From: Vicinamibacterales bacterium
GTDB taxonomy: Bacteria; Acidobacteriota; Vicinamibacteria; Vicinamibacterales; SCN-69-37
DNA length: 64,000 nt
NCBI GenBank assembly: GCA_035519535.1
Contig: DATIWF010000029.1
Span: 21,611 to 85,610 of the forward strand
Direction: 5' to 3'
Shown: positions 27,735 through 37,047 of the stretch, one piece after another
Position numbering within the stretch: the stretch's first letter is position 1
How the letters are laid out: each line of letters begins with the position of its first letter
The notes under the pieces: generated by a model
The model's database searches: none
The model's input: only the letters and a program-made list of their open reading frames with translations
What the model was told of the DNA's origin: nothing
Translations under genes and position numbers: made by a program

Positions 27735-28298
27735 ATGTATTCGATTCAAGCGACCCGCCTGCGGAAGGGCAATCTGATCAAGCTCGACTCGGACCTGTTC
27801 CGGGTCATCGACCTGTACCACATCACGCCGGGCAACAAGCGCGGGCACGTGCAGTGCAAGCTGCGGGATATCCGCAGCGGCCGACTCATCGACCACAAGT
27901 TCCGCTCCGAAGACGACGTGGAGCGGGCGACGCTCGACGAGCACGAGATGCAGTTCCTCTACCGGGACGGCGACCTGTACCACTTCATGAACACCGAGAA
28001 CTACGAGCAGGTCCATCTCTCGCACGAGATCCTCGGCGACAGCGCGCTGTACCTGCTGCCCGAGAGCACCATCAACATAGAGTTCTACGAGACCGAGCCC
28101 GTGGGCATCCATCTGCCGCTGACGGTCGATCTGAAGGTGGCCGACACGGTCCCGGGCATCAAGGGCGCGACGGCCGCGGCCCAGGTGAAGCCGGCCACGC
28201 TCGAGACCGGCCTCGTGGTGAGCGTTCCGGCCTTCGTCAACACCGGCGACGTCGTGCGGATCAACACGGAGACGGGGGAATATCTGTCGAGAGTGTAG
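27735..28298 (+). CDS. efp: Translation elongation factor P
   Basis: Internal ATG of ORF 27564..28298. 187 aa. The sequence ...[36 protein letters not shown] is classic EF-P. Confidence 0.95.
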   Translation: MYSIQATRLRKGNLIKLDSDLFRVIDLYHITPGNKRGHVQCKLRDIRSGRLIDHKFRSEDDVERATLDEHEMQFLYRDGDLYHFMNTENYEQVHLSHEILGDSALYLLPESTINIEFYETEPVGIHLPLTVDLKVADTVPGIKGATAAAQVKPATLETGLVVSVPAFVNTGDVVRINTETGEYLSRV

Positions 28299-28326
28299 GG
28301 CAGAAGGCAGAAGGCAGAGGGCAGAA
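28299..28326 (+). repeat. Tandem heptamer array (GGCAGAR)x4
   Basis: GGCAGAA GGCAGAA GGCAGAG GGCAGAA starts at the base after the efp TAG. Confidence 0.9.
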
Positions 28327-28332
28327 GGCCGC

Positions 28333-28362
28333 TACGTCTCACTTCTGGCTTCCAACTTCTCA
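28333..28362 (-). repeat. Inverted AGAAG-core heptamers (ACGTCTCACTTCTGGCTTCCAACTTCTC)
   Basis: 18 of 19 nt are identical to 49380-49398 (ACGTCTAACTTCTGGCTTC). It is partly complementary to the adjacent GGCAGAA array, giving a potential imperfect hairpin after efp. Confidence 0.7.
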
Positions 28363-28383
28363 CGCGTCGCGTCCTTAAGCTTC

Positions 28384-28962
28384 ATGGAACACCACTACAC
28401 GCCCAAGCCGGGCTGGATCGAAGTCATCACGGGCAGCATGTTCAGCGGCAAGAGCGAGGAGCTGATCCGGCGGCTGCGCCGCGCGCAGATCGCGCGCCAG
28501 CGGGTGCAGATCTTCAAGCCCGCGATCGACAACCGGTACAGCAACGACGAGATCGTCTCGCACAGCGAGATGAAGATTCCGTCGGTCAACGTCGCGACCT
28601 CCGCGGACCTGCTGGCGAGGGTGCTGCGGGACACGGAAGTCGTCGGGATCGACGAGGGGCAGTTCTTCGACGCCGAGCTGCCCGCGGTCTGCACGCTCCT
28701 GGCCAATCAGGGGCAGCGCGTCATCGTCGCGGGCCTGGACCAGGATTATCTCGGCAAGCCCTTCGAGCCGATGCCGCAGCTGCTGGCGATTGCCGAGTAC
28801 ATCACCAAGACGCTGGCGATCTGCATGGTGTGCGGCGGGCCGGCCAATCACACCCAGCGGCTGGTGGCCTCGAAGGAGCGGGTGCTCGTCGGCGCCTCAG
28901 GCACGTACGAGGCGCGCTGCCGGCACTGTTTCGATCCAACGCTCTCCATCGATAATCGGTAA
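28384..28962 (+). CDS. tdk: Thymidine kinase
   Basis: P-loop [14 protein letters not shown] and C-terminal zinc Cys pairs (CMVCG...CRHC). Confidence 0.9.
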   Translation: MEHHYTPKPGWIEVITGSMFSGKSEELIRRLRRAQIARQRVQIFKPAIDNRYSNDEIVSHSEMKIPSVNVATSADLLARVLRDTEVVGIDEGQFFDAELPAVCTLLANQGQRVIVAGLDQDYLGKPFEPMPQLLAIAEYITKTLAICMVCGGPANHTQRLVASKERVLVGASGTYEARCRHCFDPTLSIDNR

Positions 28963-28981
28963 TCGGCAATCGGACAATCGA
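28954..28981 (+). repeat. Tandem heptamers AATCGGT AATCGGC AATCGGA CAATCGA (left arm of composite element)
   Basis: Overlaps the last tdk codons and the stop codon. It is the reverse complement of the array at 29258..29286. Confidence 0.85.
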
Positions 28982-28984
28982 AGA

Positions 28985-29248
28985 GCATCGATGAAGGGCT
29001 ATCGCCATCGATGATCGAGCATCGCAACCCATCGTGTGATCGTCGATCGATGCCGGTGGTCGATCATCGATGGCAAGGGTCGATCATCGATACCGATGGT
29101 CGTTCATCGATGGCAATGGTCGATCATCGATACCGATGGTCGTTCACCGATGGCGATGGTCGATCATCGATGGCGATGATCGTTCATCGATGGCGATGGT
29201 CGTTCATCGATGTCGATGGTCGTTCATCGATGTCGATGATCGATCAGC
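28985..29248 (+). repeat. 20-bp tandem array (consensus about CGWTCATCGATGGCGATGGT), about 13 units, 10 well conserved from 29041
   Basis: The sequence is in register every 20 nt from 29041 to 29240. Every unit carries ATCGAT/TCGATG and many carry GATC. There are no unique spacers between units. Confidence 0.95.
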
Positions 29249-29257
29249 GTTGCCCTT

Positions 29258-29286
29258 CGATTGCCCGATTGCCGATTGCCGATCAT
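29258..29286 (+). repeat. Tandem heptamers CGATTGC(C) CGATTGC CGATTGC CGATCAT (right arm, inverted)
   Basis: Reverse complement of the left-arm GCAATCG-type units. It abuts or overlaps the stop of the minus-strand gene at 29283. Confidence 0.85.
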
Positions 29287-30065
29287 CGATGAGAAGCGGC
29301 GATCCACTGAATGAGGCCCTGGCCGCCGACGGCCATGGGATCGCCGAGCCAGTCGGGCGGGGTGAGCCAGACGAAGGCAAGAATCACGGCCACCCAGACG
29401 TCGTACGCGAGCGTGGCGCGCTCGTCGGTCCAGTAGAACGCTCGCACGAAGAGGCCGGCGAGGCCGCGCGGCTGCGGCTGCGGCCGGCGGTTCAGCTCGA
29501 GATAGGTGTAGTAGATGCGATCGACGACGGTCACGACCGAGAGGACGCCGATCACCCACATGACGGCGGCCATGCGGTTGGTGAAGGCGCCGATCATGAA
29601 GAGCACGATCCGCTCGGGACGCTCCATGAACCCGACCTTGCATTTTGGCAGGAGCGATTCCGCCCGCGCGCGCGTGTAGCTCGTCATCGTCGCGAACACC
29701 ATCGCGATCGACGTGATGAGGACGTAGTCCGTCCGGCCGAGCGACGAGTAGAGGCAGATCAAGCCGACCGAGAGCGCGAGATCGGAAAAGCGGTCGATGA
29801 CCGAGTCCCAGAAGCCGCCGAAGCTGCTGATCTTGCCGGTCTCGGTCGCGACCTTGCCGTCGATGAAATCGAAGATGTTCGCGACGACCATGATGACGCC
29901 GGCGGTGAGGAAGCTGCCCATCGAGAGCGCCCAGCCCGCCGCGATGTTGATGAGGACGCCGGTGAACGTGAGAAGATTCGGATGGATCCGGAGGCGCACG
30001 CACGCGGCGATGATGAGCCGCAGTGGGTAGTTGAATACCTGGCCGATGAAGCCCGTGAAGGTCAC
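29283..30065 (-). CDS. CDP-alcohol phosphatidyltransferase family protein
   Basis: DFIDGKVATETGKISSFGGFWDSVIDRFSD matches the D-x2-D-G-x2-A-R...G-x3-D-x3-D signature. Polytopic membrane protein. Confidence 0.85.
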   Translation of the reverse strand: MTFTGFIGQVFNYPLRLIIAACVRLRIHPNLLTFTGVLINIAAGWALSMGSFLTAGVIMVVANIFDFIDGKVATETGKISSFGGFWDSVIDRFSDLALSVGLICLYSSLGRTDYVLITSIAMVFATMTSYTRARAESLLPKCKVGFMERPERIVLFMIGAFTNRMAAVMWVIGVLSVVTVVDRIYYTYLELNRRPQPQPRGLAGLFVRAFYWTDERATLAYDVWVAVILAFVWLTPPDWLGDPMAVGGQGLIQWIAASHR

Positions 30066-30118
30066 AGGGGTCGGTGTCTGACTGCCGGCTCGCGCAAAAC
30101 TGGTCCGGATAGTAGCCC

Positions 30119-32017
30119 ATGGCCATTCACGATCTCAAGGGCCAGATCGCCCGTCTGCCGGAGCAACCGGGCGTGTACCTGTTCCTCTCGGCGACCGGGG
30201 AGACGCTCTACGTGGGCAAGGCGCGCGTGCTGCGCGATCGCGTCCGCAACTATCTGGGCGCCGGCGGCACGAGCCCGCGGATCGACGCGCTGCTTCGCGG
30301 CGCCGCCGCGCTGGAGGTCGTCGTCACCGATTCGGTGGTCGAGGCCCTCGCGCTCGAAAACCGGCTGATCAAGCAGCGCAACCCGCGCTTCAACGTCCTG
30401 CTGCGCGACGACAAGACCTATCCCTACCTCGAGCTCACGACGACCGAGCGCGCGCCGCGGCTGCTGGTGGCGCGGCGCGTCGAGCGCAACGGCAACGTCT
30501 TCGCCGGACCGTTCATGCCGGCCCAGGTGGCGCGGCGGACGATGAGCCTGGCGCATCGACTCTTCGGCATCCGATCGTGCAACGAAGTGATTGACGGCAA
30601 GCGCGACCGTCCGTGCCTCGAGTACGACATCAAGCGCTGCCTGGCGCCGTGCGTGGACACGATCTGCTCGATCGACCAGTACCGCCGGGCGGTCGAGCAG
30701 GCCCGACTGCTCGTCGAGGGCCGCCAGGACGAGCTCGTGACCGATTTGCGGCGGGAGATGCACGAGGCCGCCGACGCCGAGCGCTACGAGCGCGCCGCGC
30801 ACCTGCGCGACGCCGTGCGCACGATCGAGACGCTGCGCGAGCGGCACAACAAGATGGAGACCGTCGCGCAGGGCGACCGCGATGCGTTCGGGCTCAAGGC
30901 CGGGCCGCGCGGCGCCGTCGTGCTGGTGTTCCAGGTGCGCCGCGGGCGCGTCATCGATCGCGTCGAGCTCCTGACCGACGCGGGGCGCGCGGCGGCCGGC
31001 CCGGACGCCGAAAACGCGTCGGCGCTCCTCGAGAGCGAGGCCGAGATCCTCGCCGCCGCGGCGCAGCAGTTCTATAGCGAGCACCCCGCGCCGCCGGAGA
31101 TTCACCTCCCCGTCGAGATCGACGCCGAGGAGCGCCAGGCGCTCGAGACCTGGCTGTCCGAGCGGGCCGGACGGCGTGTCGCGCTCGTCGTGCCGCGGCG
31201 CGGCGAGAAGCGCGGCCTGCTCGACCTCGCCTCGCGCAACGCCGCCGTGGCGTACCAGACGCACTTCAGCGAGGGCGCCGTCGCGAGCTTCGACGCCCTC
31301 GACACGCTCCGCGCCGTGCTCGCGCTGCCCGCGCTGCCGCGCCGCATCGAGTGCTTCGACATCTCGACGCTGCAGGGGCGAGAGACCGTGGCGTCCATGG
31401 TCGTCTGCGTCGATGGGCGGATGAGACGAGGAGAGTACCGGAAGTACCGGATCCGAGGCCTCTCAAGGGATCAGGCCCCGGGCGGTAGGCAGCCAGCGGC
31501 TGATGCCTCTCCGGTCATCGCGGATGACTTCGCCGCGATGGAAGAGGTCGTCCTGCGCCGATACCAGCGGGCGCTCGAGCAGGGCGGGCCGTTTCCGGAT
31601 CTGATCCTCATTGACGGCGGCAAAGGGCAGCTGACGGCCGCGTACCACGCGCTCCGGCAGCTCGGCCTGGAACGGCTGGTGGCCATCGGCCTGGCCAAGC
31701 AGGAGGAGCTGATCTTCACCCGCGATCGCGCGGAGGGGCTGGCGCTTCCGCCGCAGTCGCCGGCGCTGCACCTGGTCGAGCGCGTGCGCGACGAGGCGCA
31801 TCGGTTCGCGGTGACGTTCCATCGCCGCGCGCGCGCGCAGCGCGACATCCGGTCGGCCCTCGACGACATCGCCGGCATCGGTCCGCGCCGCCGCAAACAG
31901 CTCCTGAGCTCGTTCGGGTCCGTGGCCGGCGTGCGCCGGGCCAGCCGCGACGAGCTCACAGCCGTCGTCGGCGCCAAGGCGGCCGAGGCGGTGCTCAAGC
32001 ACTTCGAGGGGAACTGA
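30119..32017 (+). CDS. uvrC: Excinuclease ABC subunit C
   Basis: GIY-YIG N-terminus (GVYLFLSATGETLYVGKA), UVR domain (ERYERAAHLRD) and C-terminal HhH. GATAGT lies 5 nt upstream of the ATG. Confidence 0.95.
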   Translation: MAIHDLKGQIARLPEQPGVYLFLSATGETLYVGKARVLRDRVRNYLGAGGTSPRIDALLRGAAALEVVVTDSVVEALALENRLIKQRNPRFNVLLRDDKTYPYLELTTTERAPRLLVARRVERNGNVFAGPFMPAQVARRTMSLAHRLFGIRSCNEVIDGKRDRPCLEYDIKRCLAPCVDTICSIDQYRRAVEQARLLVEGRQDELVTDLRREMHEAADAERYERAAHLRDAVRTIETLRERHNKMETVAQGDRDAFGLKAGPRGAVVLVFQVRRGRVIDRVELLTDAGRAAAGPDAENASALLESEAEILAAAAQQFYSEHPAPPEIHLPVEIDAEERQALETWLSERAGRRVALVVPRRGEKRGLLDLASRNAAVAYQTHFSEGAVASFDALDTLRAVLALPALPRRIECFDISTLQGRETVASMVVCVDGRMRRGEYRKYRIRGLSRDQAPGGRQPAADASPVIADDFAAMEEVVLRRYQRALEQGGPFPDLILIDGGKGQLTAAYHALRQLGLERLVAIGLAKQEELIFTRDRAEGLALPPQSPALHLVERVRDEAHRFAVTFHRRARAQRDIRSALDDIAGIGPRRRKQLLSSFGSVAGVRRASRDELTAVVGAKAAEAVLKHFEGN

Positions 32018-32018
32018 C

Positions 32019-32071
32019 GGAAGGCAGAAGGCAGAAGGCAGAGGGCAGAAGGCAGAAAGCAGAAGGCAAAG
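32019..32071 (+). repeat. Tandem heptamer array (GGCAGAR-type, about 7 units)
   Basis: GGCAGAA GGCAGAA GGCAGAG GGCAGAA GGCAGAA AGCAGAA GGCAAAG, then GGAGG and the GTG at 32082. It starts 1-2 nt after the uvrC TGA. Confidence 0.95.
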
Positions 32072-32081
32072 GAGGCGCAAC

Positions 32082-33449
32082 GTGAAACGGCATCTTCTTG
32101 TGCTGGCCGGTGCAGTCGCGACGATCGCCGTCGCGTCGATGGGCGCGGCGCCGGCACTGCAGGGAACCTCGTCGGGCCGCGCGCTCGCGCTCGTCGGCGG
32201 CACGCTGATCGACGGATTCGGCGGCCCGCCGATCCGCAATTCCGTCATTCTCGTGCGCGGCGAGCGCATCACGGCCGTCGGGCAGGTCGGCGTGCTCGCG
32301 GTTCCGGCGGACGCCGAGGTGATCTCGACCGAGGGCATGTCGGTGCTGCCCGGCCTGTGGGACATGCACGTCCACACGATGATCGACGGACACTCCGACT
32401 ACGAGCACTGGGACAAGACGTATCCGTCGCGGCTCGAGAAGGACGTCATGCCGGCGTCGGCGCGCCAGCTGCTCATGGCAGGCGTCACGACCGCGCGCGA
32501 TCTCGGCGGGCCGCTCGACGCCAGCCTTCACGTGCGCGACGCGATCAACCGCGGCGACATTCCCGGCGCCACCCTTTACGTGTCCGGCCCCTTCCTTCAG
32601 CACGCGCCGTATCCCGGCACCGACTACTTCCGCTGGGGCGTCTCGGGCGTGGCCGACGCGAGGGCGAAGGTCCAGAGGCTCGCCGCCGCGGGCGTGGACG
32701 TCATCAAGCTCATCGATCAGGATCAGATGGCGCCTGCCGAGGTCGAGGCGGTCATTCAGGAGGCGCATGCCCGCAATCTGCCGGTGATCGCGCACGCGCA
32801 CCGGCCGGATGAGATTCGCCTGGCCCTGAAGTACGGCGCCGACGACCTGCAGCACACGGGCCTGGCGACGGCGCCGGAGTATCCGGCGGATATCATCGAG
32901 ATGATTCGCGCGCGCACGGCGAAGATGGCGCTCGGGCCGTTCTGGTGGACGCCGACGGTCGAAGGACTGTGGAACTACGAGTACATGCGGGACAACCCGG
33001 AGATGCTCGACGACCCGTCGTGGCACCTCGGCCTGCCGCAGGACATCATCGACGACATCCGGCAGTCGATCCAGCATCCCGGCGAGATGGGCTACTTTCA
33101 GCTCACGCCCGCGCGCAAGCCGACACTGAAGAGAAAGTTCACGCAACTGCGCGAGGCCGGCGTCACGATGCTCATCGGCACCGACAGCGGGATCCCGATG
33201 CAGTTCCACAGCCAGTCCACGTGGAACGAGCTCGACATCTGGGTCCGCGAGATGGGCGTGCCGCCGATGGAGGCGATCCGGTCCGCGACCTACTGGCCGT
33301 CGGTGATGATGAAGAAGGACAAGGACGTCGGCACGGTGACGCCGGGCAAGCTCGCGGACATCATTGCCGTGCGCGGCGACGTGCTGCGGTACATCGACCT
33401 GCTGCAGCGCGTGGACATCGTCGTCAAGCACGGCAAGCGGTACAAATAG
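32082..33449 (+). CDS. Metal-dependent amidohydrolase-family protein (secreted), paralogue 2
   Basis: Signal-like N-terminus. H-x-H motif LPGLWDMHVHT. The family is collinear with the 18802..20121 protein. Confidence 0.75.
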   Translation: MKRHLLVLAGAVATIAVASMGAAPALQGTSSGRALALVGGTLIDGFGGPPIRNSVILVRGERITAVGQVGVLAVPADAEVISTEGMSVLPGLWDMHVHTMIDGHSDYEHWDKTYPSRLEKDVMPASARQLLMAGVTTARDLGGPLDASLHVRDAINRGDIPGATLYVSGPFLQHAPYPGTDYFRWGVSGVADARAKVQRLAAAGVDVIKLIDQDQMAPAEVEAVIQEAHARNLPVIAHAHRPDEIRLALKYGADDLQHTGLATAPEYPADIIEMIRARTAKMALGPFWWTPTVEGLWNYEYMRDNPEMLDDPSWHLGLPQDIIDDIRQSIQHPGEMGYFQLTPARKPTLKRKFTQLREAGVTMLIGTDSGIPMQFHSQSTWNELDIWVREMGVPPMEAIRSATYWPSVMMKKDKDVGTVTPGKLADIIAVRGDVLRYIDLLQRVDIVVKHGKRYK

Positions 33450-33456
33450 GAGCGAC

Positions 33457-34398
33457 ATGCGGTTTGTGTTCATCGGCGCGGGCGGGGTCGGCGGGTACTA
33501 CGCCGCGCGGCTCGCGAAATCGGGGCAGGACGTCGCGGTCGTCGCGCGCGGCGCCCACCTCGAGGCGATCCGCCGCCACGGCCTCCGGGTCGTCGGTCCG
33601 CTCGGCGACTTCACCGTGCCGCTCGCGGCCGAGAGCGATCCGACCCGGCTTGGCGAGGCCGACGTCGTCGTTCTCACGGTCAAGACGTACGACAACGCGA
33701 CGGCGCTGCCGCTGATCAAGCCGCTGGTGGGCAAGCGGACGGTCGTGCTGACGATCCAGAACGGCGTCGACAGCGCGGACGAGGTCGCGGCCGTCGTCGG
33801 CGAGGGGCCGACGCTCGCCGGCGCGACCTACATCGCGACGGCCGTCGAGTCGCCCGGCGTCATCCGGCAGACCGGCACGCACCGGCGCGTCGTGTTCGGG
33901 GAGTGTTTCGGCGCGCCCACGGCGATCTCCCCTCGCGTCGCCGCGATCGAGCCGGTGCTCAAGGCCGCCGACATCGAGGCCGAGGCCGTGGCTGACGCGC
34001 GGCCGGCGATCTGGGAGAAGTTCACGTACCTGGCGCCGTTCGCGGCGTTTACGGGCGCGGCGCGGCTGCCGCTGGGACCGCTGTGGGCCGACGCGTTCAC
34101 ACGCGAGATGTTCGTCGCGGCCGTGCGCGAGGTGGTGGACGTCGCGAGGGCGCATGGCGTGACGATGGCGCCGGATCACCTCGACCGGATGCGCACGTAC
34201 GTCGCCGCCATCCCGCCGGCGACGCGGTCGTCGCTCTTGATCGATCTCTCGCAGGGCAAGCGGATCGAGGTCGAGGCGCTGCAGGGCAGTGTCGTGCGCC
34301 GCGGCCAGGCGAAAGGCGTGCCGACGCCGATCATGGCGGCGCTCTACGCGGTCCTCAAACCTCACGCGAGCGGCCCGCCGGCCGTGCCCGGTTCGTAA
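33457..34398 (+). CDS. panE: 2-dehydropantoate 2-reductase (ketopantoate reductase family)
   Basis: Internal ATG of ORF 33364..34398. Rossmann motif FIGAGGVGGYYAARL. The C-terminal ...S.L.D...G...E.. pattern is typical of ApbA/PanE. Confidence 0.75.
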   Translation: MRFVFIGAGGVGGYYAARLAKSGQDVAVVARGAHLEAIRRHGLRVVGPLGDFTVPLAAESDPTRLGEADVVVLTVKTYDNATALPLIKPLVGKRTVVLTIQNGVDSADEVAAVVGEGPTLAGATYIATAVESPGVIRQTGTHRRVVFGECFGAPTAISPRVAAIEPVLKAADIEAEAVADARPAIWEKFTYLAPFAAFTGAARLPLGPLWADAFTREMFVAAVREVVDVARAHGVTMAPDHLDRMRTYVAAIPPATRSSLLIDLSQGKRIEVEALQGSVVRRGQAKGVPTPIMAALYAVLKPHASGPPAVPGS

Positions 34399-34414
34399 CG
34401 GGTGCCGGGCGTCC

Positions 34415-35695
34415 GTGTCGTCGATCCTCCCGAACGTTCGCGCGCTGCGCCACCGCAACTTCCGTCTGCTGTGGCTGAGCCTGTTCGTGTCCTTCTGCGG
34501 GTCGTTCATGCAGATGGCCGCGATCCTGTGGCACGTCTCGCTGCTCGTGTCGCCCGAACGCAAGGGCCTCGCGCTCGGGATGGTCGGGCTGGTGCGCGTG
34601 CTGCCGATCATCTTCTTCTCGCTCGTCAGCGGCGTCGCGGCCGACGTCTTCGATCGGCGGAAGCTCATGCTCGTCACGCAGGTCGGCGGGACGATCGTGG
34701 CCTCGGTGCTGGCCGTGCTCACGTTCCTGGGGATCGCCGTCGTCTGGCCGATCTACGTGCTGGCGGCGATTGGCGCGGCCGCCGGAGCGTTCGACGCGCC
34801 CGCGCGTCATTCGCTGGTGCCGATGCTCGTGCCGCGCGAGGACCTGCCCAACGCAATCAGCCTCAACACCGTCATGGTGCAGATCGCGCAGGTCGGCGGC
34901 CCGGCGGTCGGCGGCGTGGTCATCGCGCTCGCCGGCGTTGGCTGGGCGTACGTCTTCAACGCCGCGTCGTTCCTGTTCGTCGTCGTGGCGCTGTCGATGA
35001 TGCGCGACGTCCGCCCGACCGAGCGCGGCGCCGGCCACGCCGGCGACGAGCTGTCGATCAAAGCCGCGCGCGAGGGGCTCCGCTTCGTGTTCCGCTCGCC
35101 GATGATTCGCTCGACGATGCTGCTCGATTTCTTCGCGACGTTTTTCGCGTCGGCGACGGCGCTCCTGCCGATCTTCGCGCAGGACATCCTCAAGGTCGGG
35201 CCGCGCGGCTACGGCTGGCTCTACGCCGCGCCCGCGGTCGGCGCCAGCCTGGGCAGCCTGGCGATGGTGCGGATCGTCGATGACATCAAGCGCCGCGGGC
35301 CGACGCTCGTCTGGGCAGTCGTTCTCTACGGCCTGTCGACCGTCGTCTTCGGGTTCTCGCGGGCGTTCTGGCTCTCGTTCGTGTGCCTCGCGATGTCCGG
35401 CGCGAGCGACGCCGTGAGCATGGTGATCCGCAACCTCGTCCGCCAGCTCGACACGCCCGACGAGCTCCGCGGCCGCATGACCGGCATCAACATGGTGTTC
35501 TTCATGGGCGGGCCGCAGCTCGGCGAGCTCGAAGCCGGCGCGGTCGCCAACTGGTTCGGCGCGCCGTTTTCGGTCGTCAGCGGCGGCGTCGGCTGCCTCG
35601 CCGCCACTGCGGTCGTCGTTGCCGTCACTCCCCAGTTGTGGCGGTACCGCAGGGACCTGCCCTACTCGCGATCAACGGCGACGCCCGCCAGTTGA
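34415..35695 (+). CDS. MFS transporter
   Basis: GTG start within ORF 34289..35695. About 12 TM helices and an MFS-type N-terminus (FRLLWLSLFVSFCGSFMQ). Confidence 0.75.
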   Translation: MSSILPNVRALRHRNFRLLWLSLFVSFCGSFMQMAAILWHVSLLVSPERKGLALGMVGLVRVLPIIFFSLVSGVAADVFDRRKLMLVTQVGGTIVASVLAVLTFLGIAVVWPIYVLAAIGAAAGAFDAPARHSLVPMLVPREDLPNAISLNTVMVQIAQVGGPAVGGVVIALAGVGWAYVFNAASFLFVVVALSMMRDVRPTERGAGHAGDELSIKAAREGLRFVFRSPMIRSTMLLDFFATFFASATALLPIFAQDILKVGPRGYGWLYAAPAVGASLGSLAMVRIVDDIKRRGPTLVWAVVLYGLSTVVFGFSRAFWLSFVCLAMSGASDAVSMVIRNLVRQLDTPDELRGRMTGINMVFFMGGPQLGELEAGAVANWFGAPFSVVSGGVGCLAATAVVVAVTPQLWRYRRDLPYSRSTATPAS

Positions 35696-35820
35696 GGTCG
35701 GCGAAGCCGCCGCTCAGGAGGGTGTGGGCTTGCGAGCGCGTCTCGATCGCCGCGGCCGCAGCCGCGATCGCCACGCACAGCCCGGCGGCCCCGCCGAGGT
35801 AGGCACGCCAGCGCCGCACG

Positions 35821-36411
35821 TCAGCGCTTCTTCGAGATGAAGATCGAATCCGAGAACTTCTGCAGCGCCTTCAGCTGATCGGGCCGGAACTCGACATCGA
35901 CCATGAAGACGTTCGCGCGAATCGACTCGGCCCACGCGACCCTGGCGAACTCCTCGGCGGTGATCTGCGCGACCGAATCGAGCACCATGGCGCCGGCTGC
36001 CGGGTTGTCGACCGTCATCCGCGAGCCGAGGTCGAGCACGAACGGCTTCTCGGCTTTGGCGTCCACGAACAACGTCAGCGTCGGCGTGCGGAGCGTGTTC
36101 GGGTTGGCCAGCGGATCGGCGCTCGCCTGGACGCGGATCGACCGGGGCGCCGTCTTCGGGAACCGTCCTTCGAGCATCGCGACGAACGACATGCGCATCG
36201 TGCCGCCCTTGCCCGACACCACGACGCCAAGGCCCCGCTCGGTTTGCCGCGTGTCGTCGTGGTACGTCGTCCACGTGTCGAGGTCCTTCATCGTGGAGAG
36301 CATGCCGGCGCTGATCTGGCGCGCGCCGACGCGCCCTCCGGCCAGGCCGAGCGCGAACGCGACGATGACGAGGCCGGACAGAACGCGACGCGCTGGATGC
36401 CTGGTGCTCAT
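35821..36411 (-). CDS. Hypothetical secreted protein
   Basis: Internal ATG followed by the signal-like segment RRVLSGLVIVAFALGLAGG. No motif recognised. Confidence 0.5.
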   Translation of the reverse strand: MSTRHPARRVLSGLVIVAFALGLAGGRVGARQISAGMLSTMKDLDTWTTYHDDTRQTERGLGVVVSGKGGTMRMSFVAMLEGRFPKTAPRSIRVQASADPLANPNTLRTPTLTLFVDAKAEKPFVLDLGSRMTVDNPAAGAMVLDSVAQITAEEFARVAWAESIRANVFMVDVEFRPDQLKALQKFSDSIFISKKR

Positions 36412-36498
36412 GTGGAGCCCCTTACAGAATTGGCATGGACCGCGATCCATGCCCCTCTCTCCACGATAGACCCAATGCGGCGATCGGCCAAGTCCGGG

Positions 36499-36963
36499 CT
36501 ACTGCGAGGCCTGGCAGGTGCCGTAGTTCTGCGAGACGGACGGTGCCGCCGTCAGATCACCCAGATGGCGCGAGTGCACCGCAATGAAGACGTCGTCATG
36601 CCCGCCCGCCACGAAGATCGTCGTGACGTTCAGGTTGCCGATACGCGTCTTCTCGACGAGGTTGATGCCGGTCTGCGTCACGATCATCGACACGATCGCC
36701 GAGGCGTTGCCGCTCACGATTCGCGCCTGGCCCTTCTTCGCGTCGATCGAGTCGATCTTGAAGGAGAAATCCTGCGTGCGGCTGACGACCTCAGGCGTCG
36801 TCTCCTTCCAGATCGCGGTCGCGTACACGCCGAACGAGCACGAGAGCTGGCGCGCCGTGAAGAGCGGATTCTTCGGCGCGGCCTGCGGCGACGGCAGCGA
36901 GGGCGCCGAGCCCGCCTGACCACCTTGAAGCAAGAGCGCGAGAACGATCAACCGGACGACCAT
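36499..36963 (-). CDS. Hypothetical secreted protein
   Basis: Internal ATG (MVVRLIVLALLLQGGQAG) resembles a signal peptide. No motif recognised. Confidence 0.5.
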   Translation of the reverse strand: MVVRLIVLALLLQGGQAGSAPSLPSPQAAPKNPLFTARQLSCSFGVYATAIWKETTPEVVSRTQDFSFKIDSIDAKKGQARIVSGNASAIVSMIVTQTGINLVEKTRIGNLNVTTIFVAGGHDDVFIAVHSRHLGDLTAAPSVSQNYGTCQASQ

Positions 36964-37047
36964 GACGCCTCCTATCCGGAGCAGCTCATTTTCCCGCGGC
37001 GCGAGGCTCAGCCGCAAACGGCGGCCGGCAGTGGTACGATTCCGCGC

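Noticed and set aside
28985-29248. A possible CRISPR array.
   Set aside because: The units are directly abutting 20-mers with no unique spacers. The repeat length is below typical CRISPR repeats, and there are no cas genes in the window.
29011-30368. ORFs 29011..29292 and 29070..30368, which read through the 20-bp tandem array (DHRWxxS... peptide repeats).
   Set aside because: The periodic peptide is simply the translation of the 20-bp DNA repeat (three units equal 20 aa). The downstream part is antisense to the CDP-alcohol transferase gene.
31440-31510. A possible third in-frame repeat insertion in uvrC (the GLSRDQAPGGRQPAADASPVIA segment).
   Set aside because: It shows only weak, short complementarity (GGGATCAG / CTGATGCC) and no tandem arms or similarity to the other elements. 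It could be ordinary linker variation.
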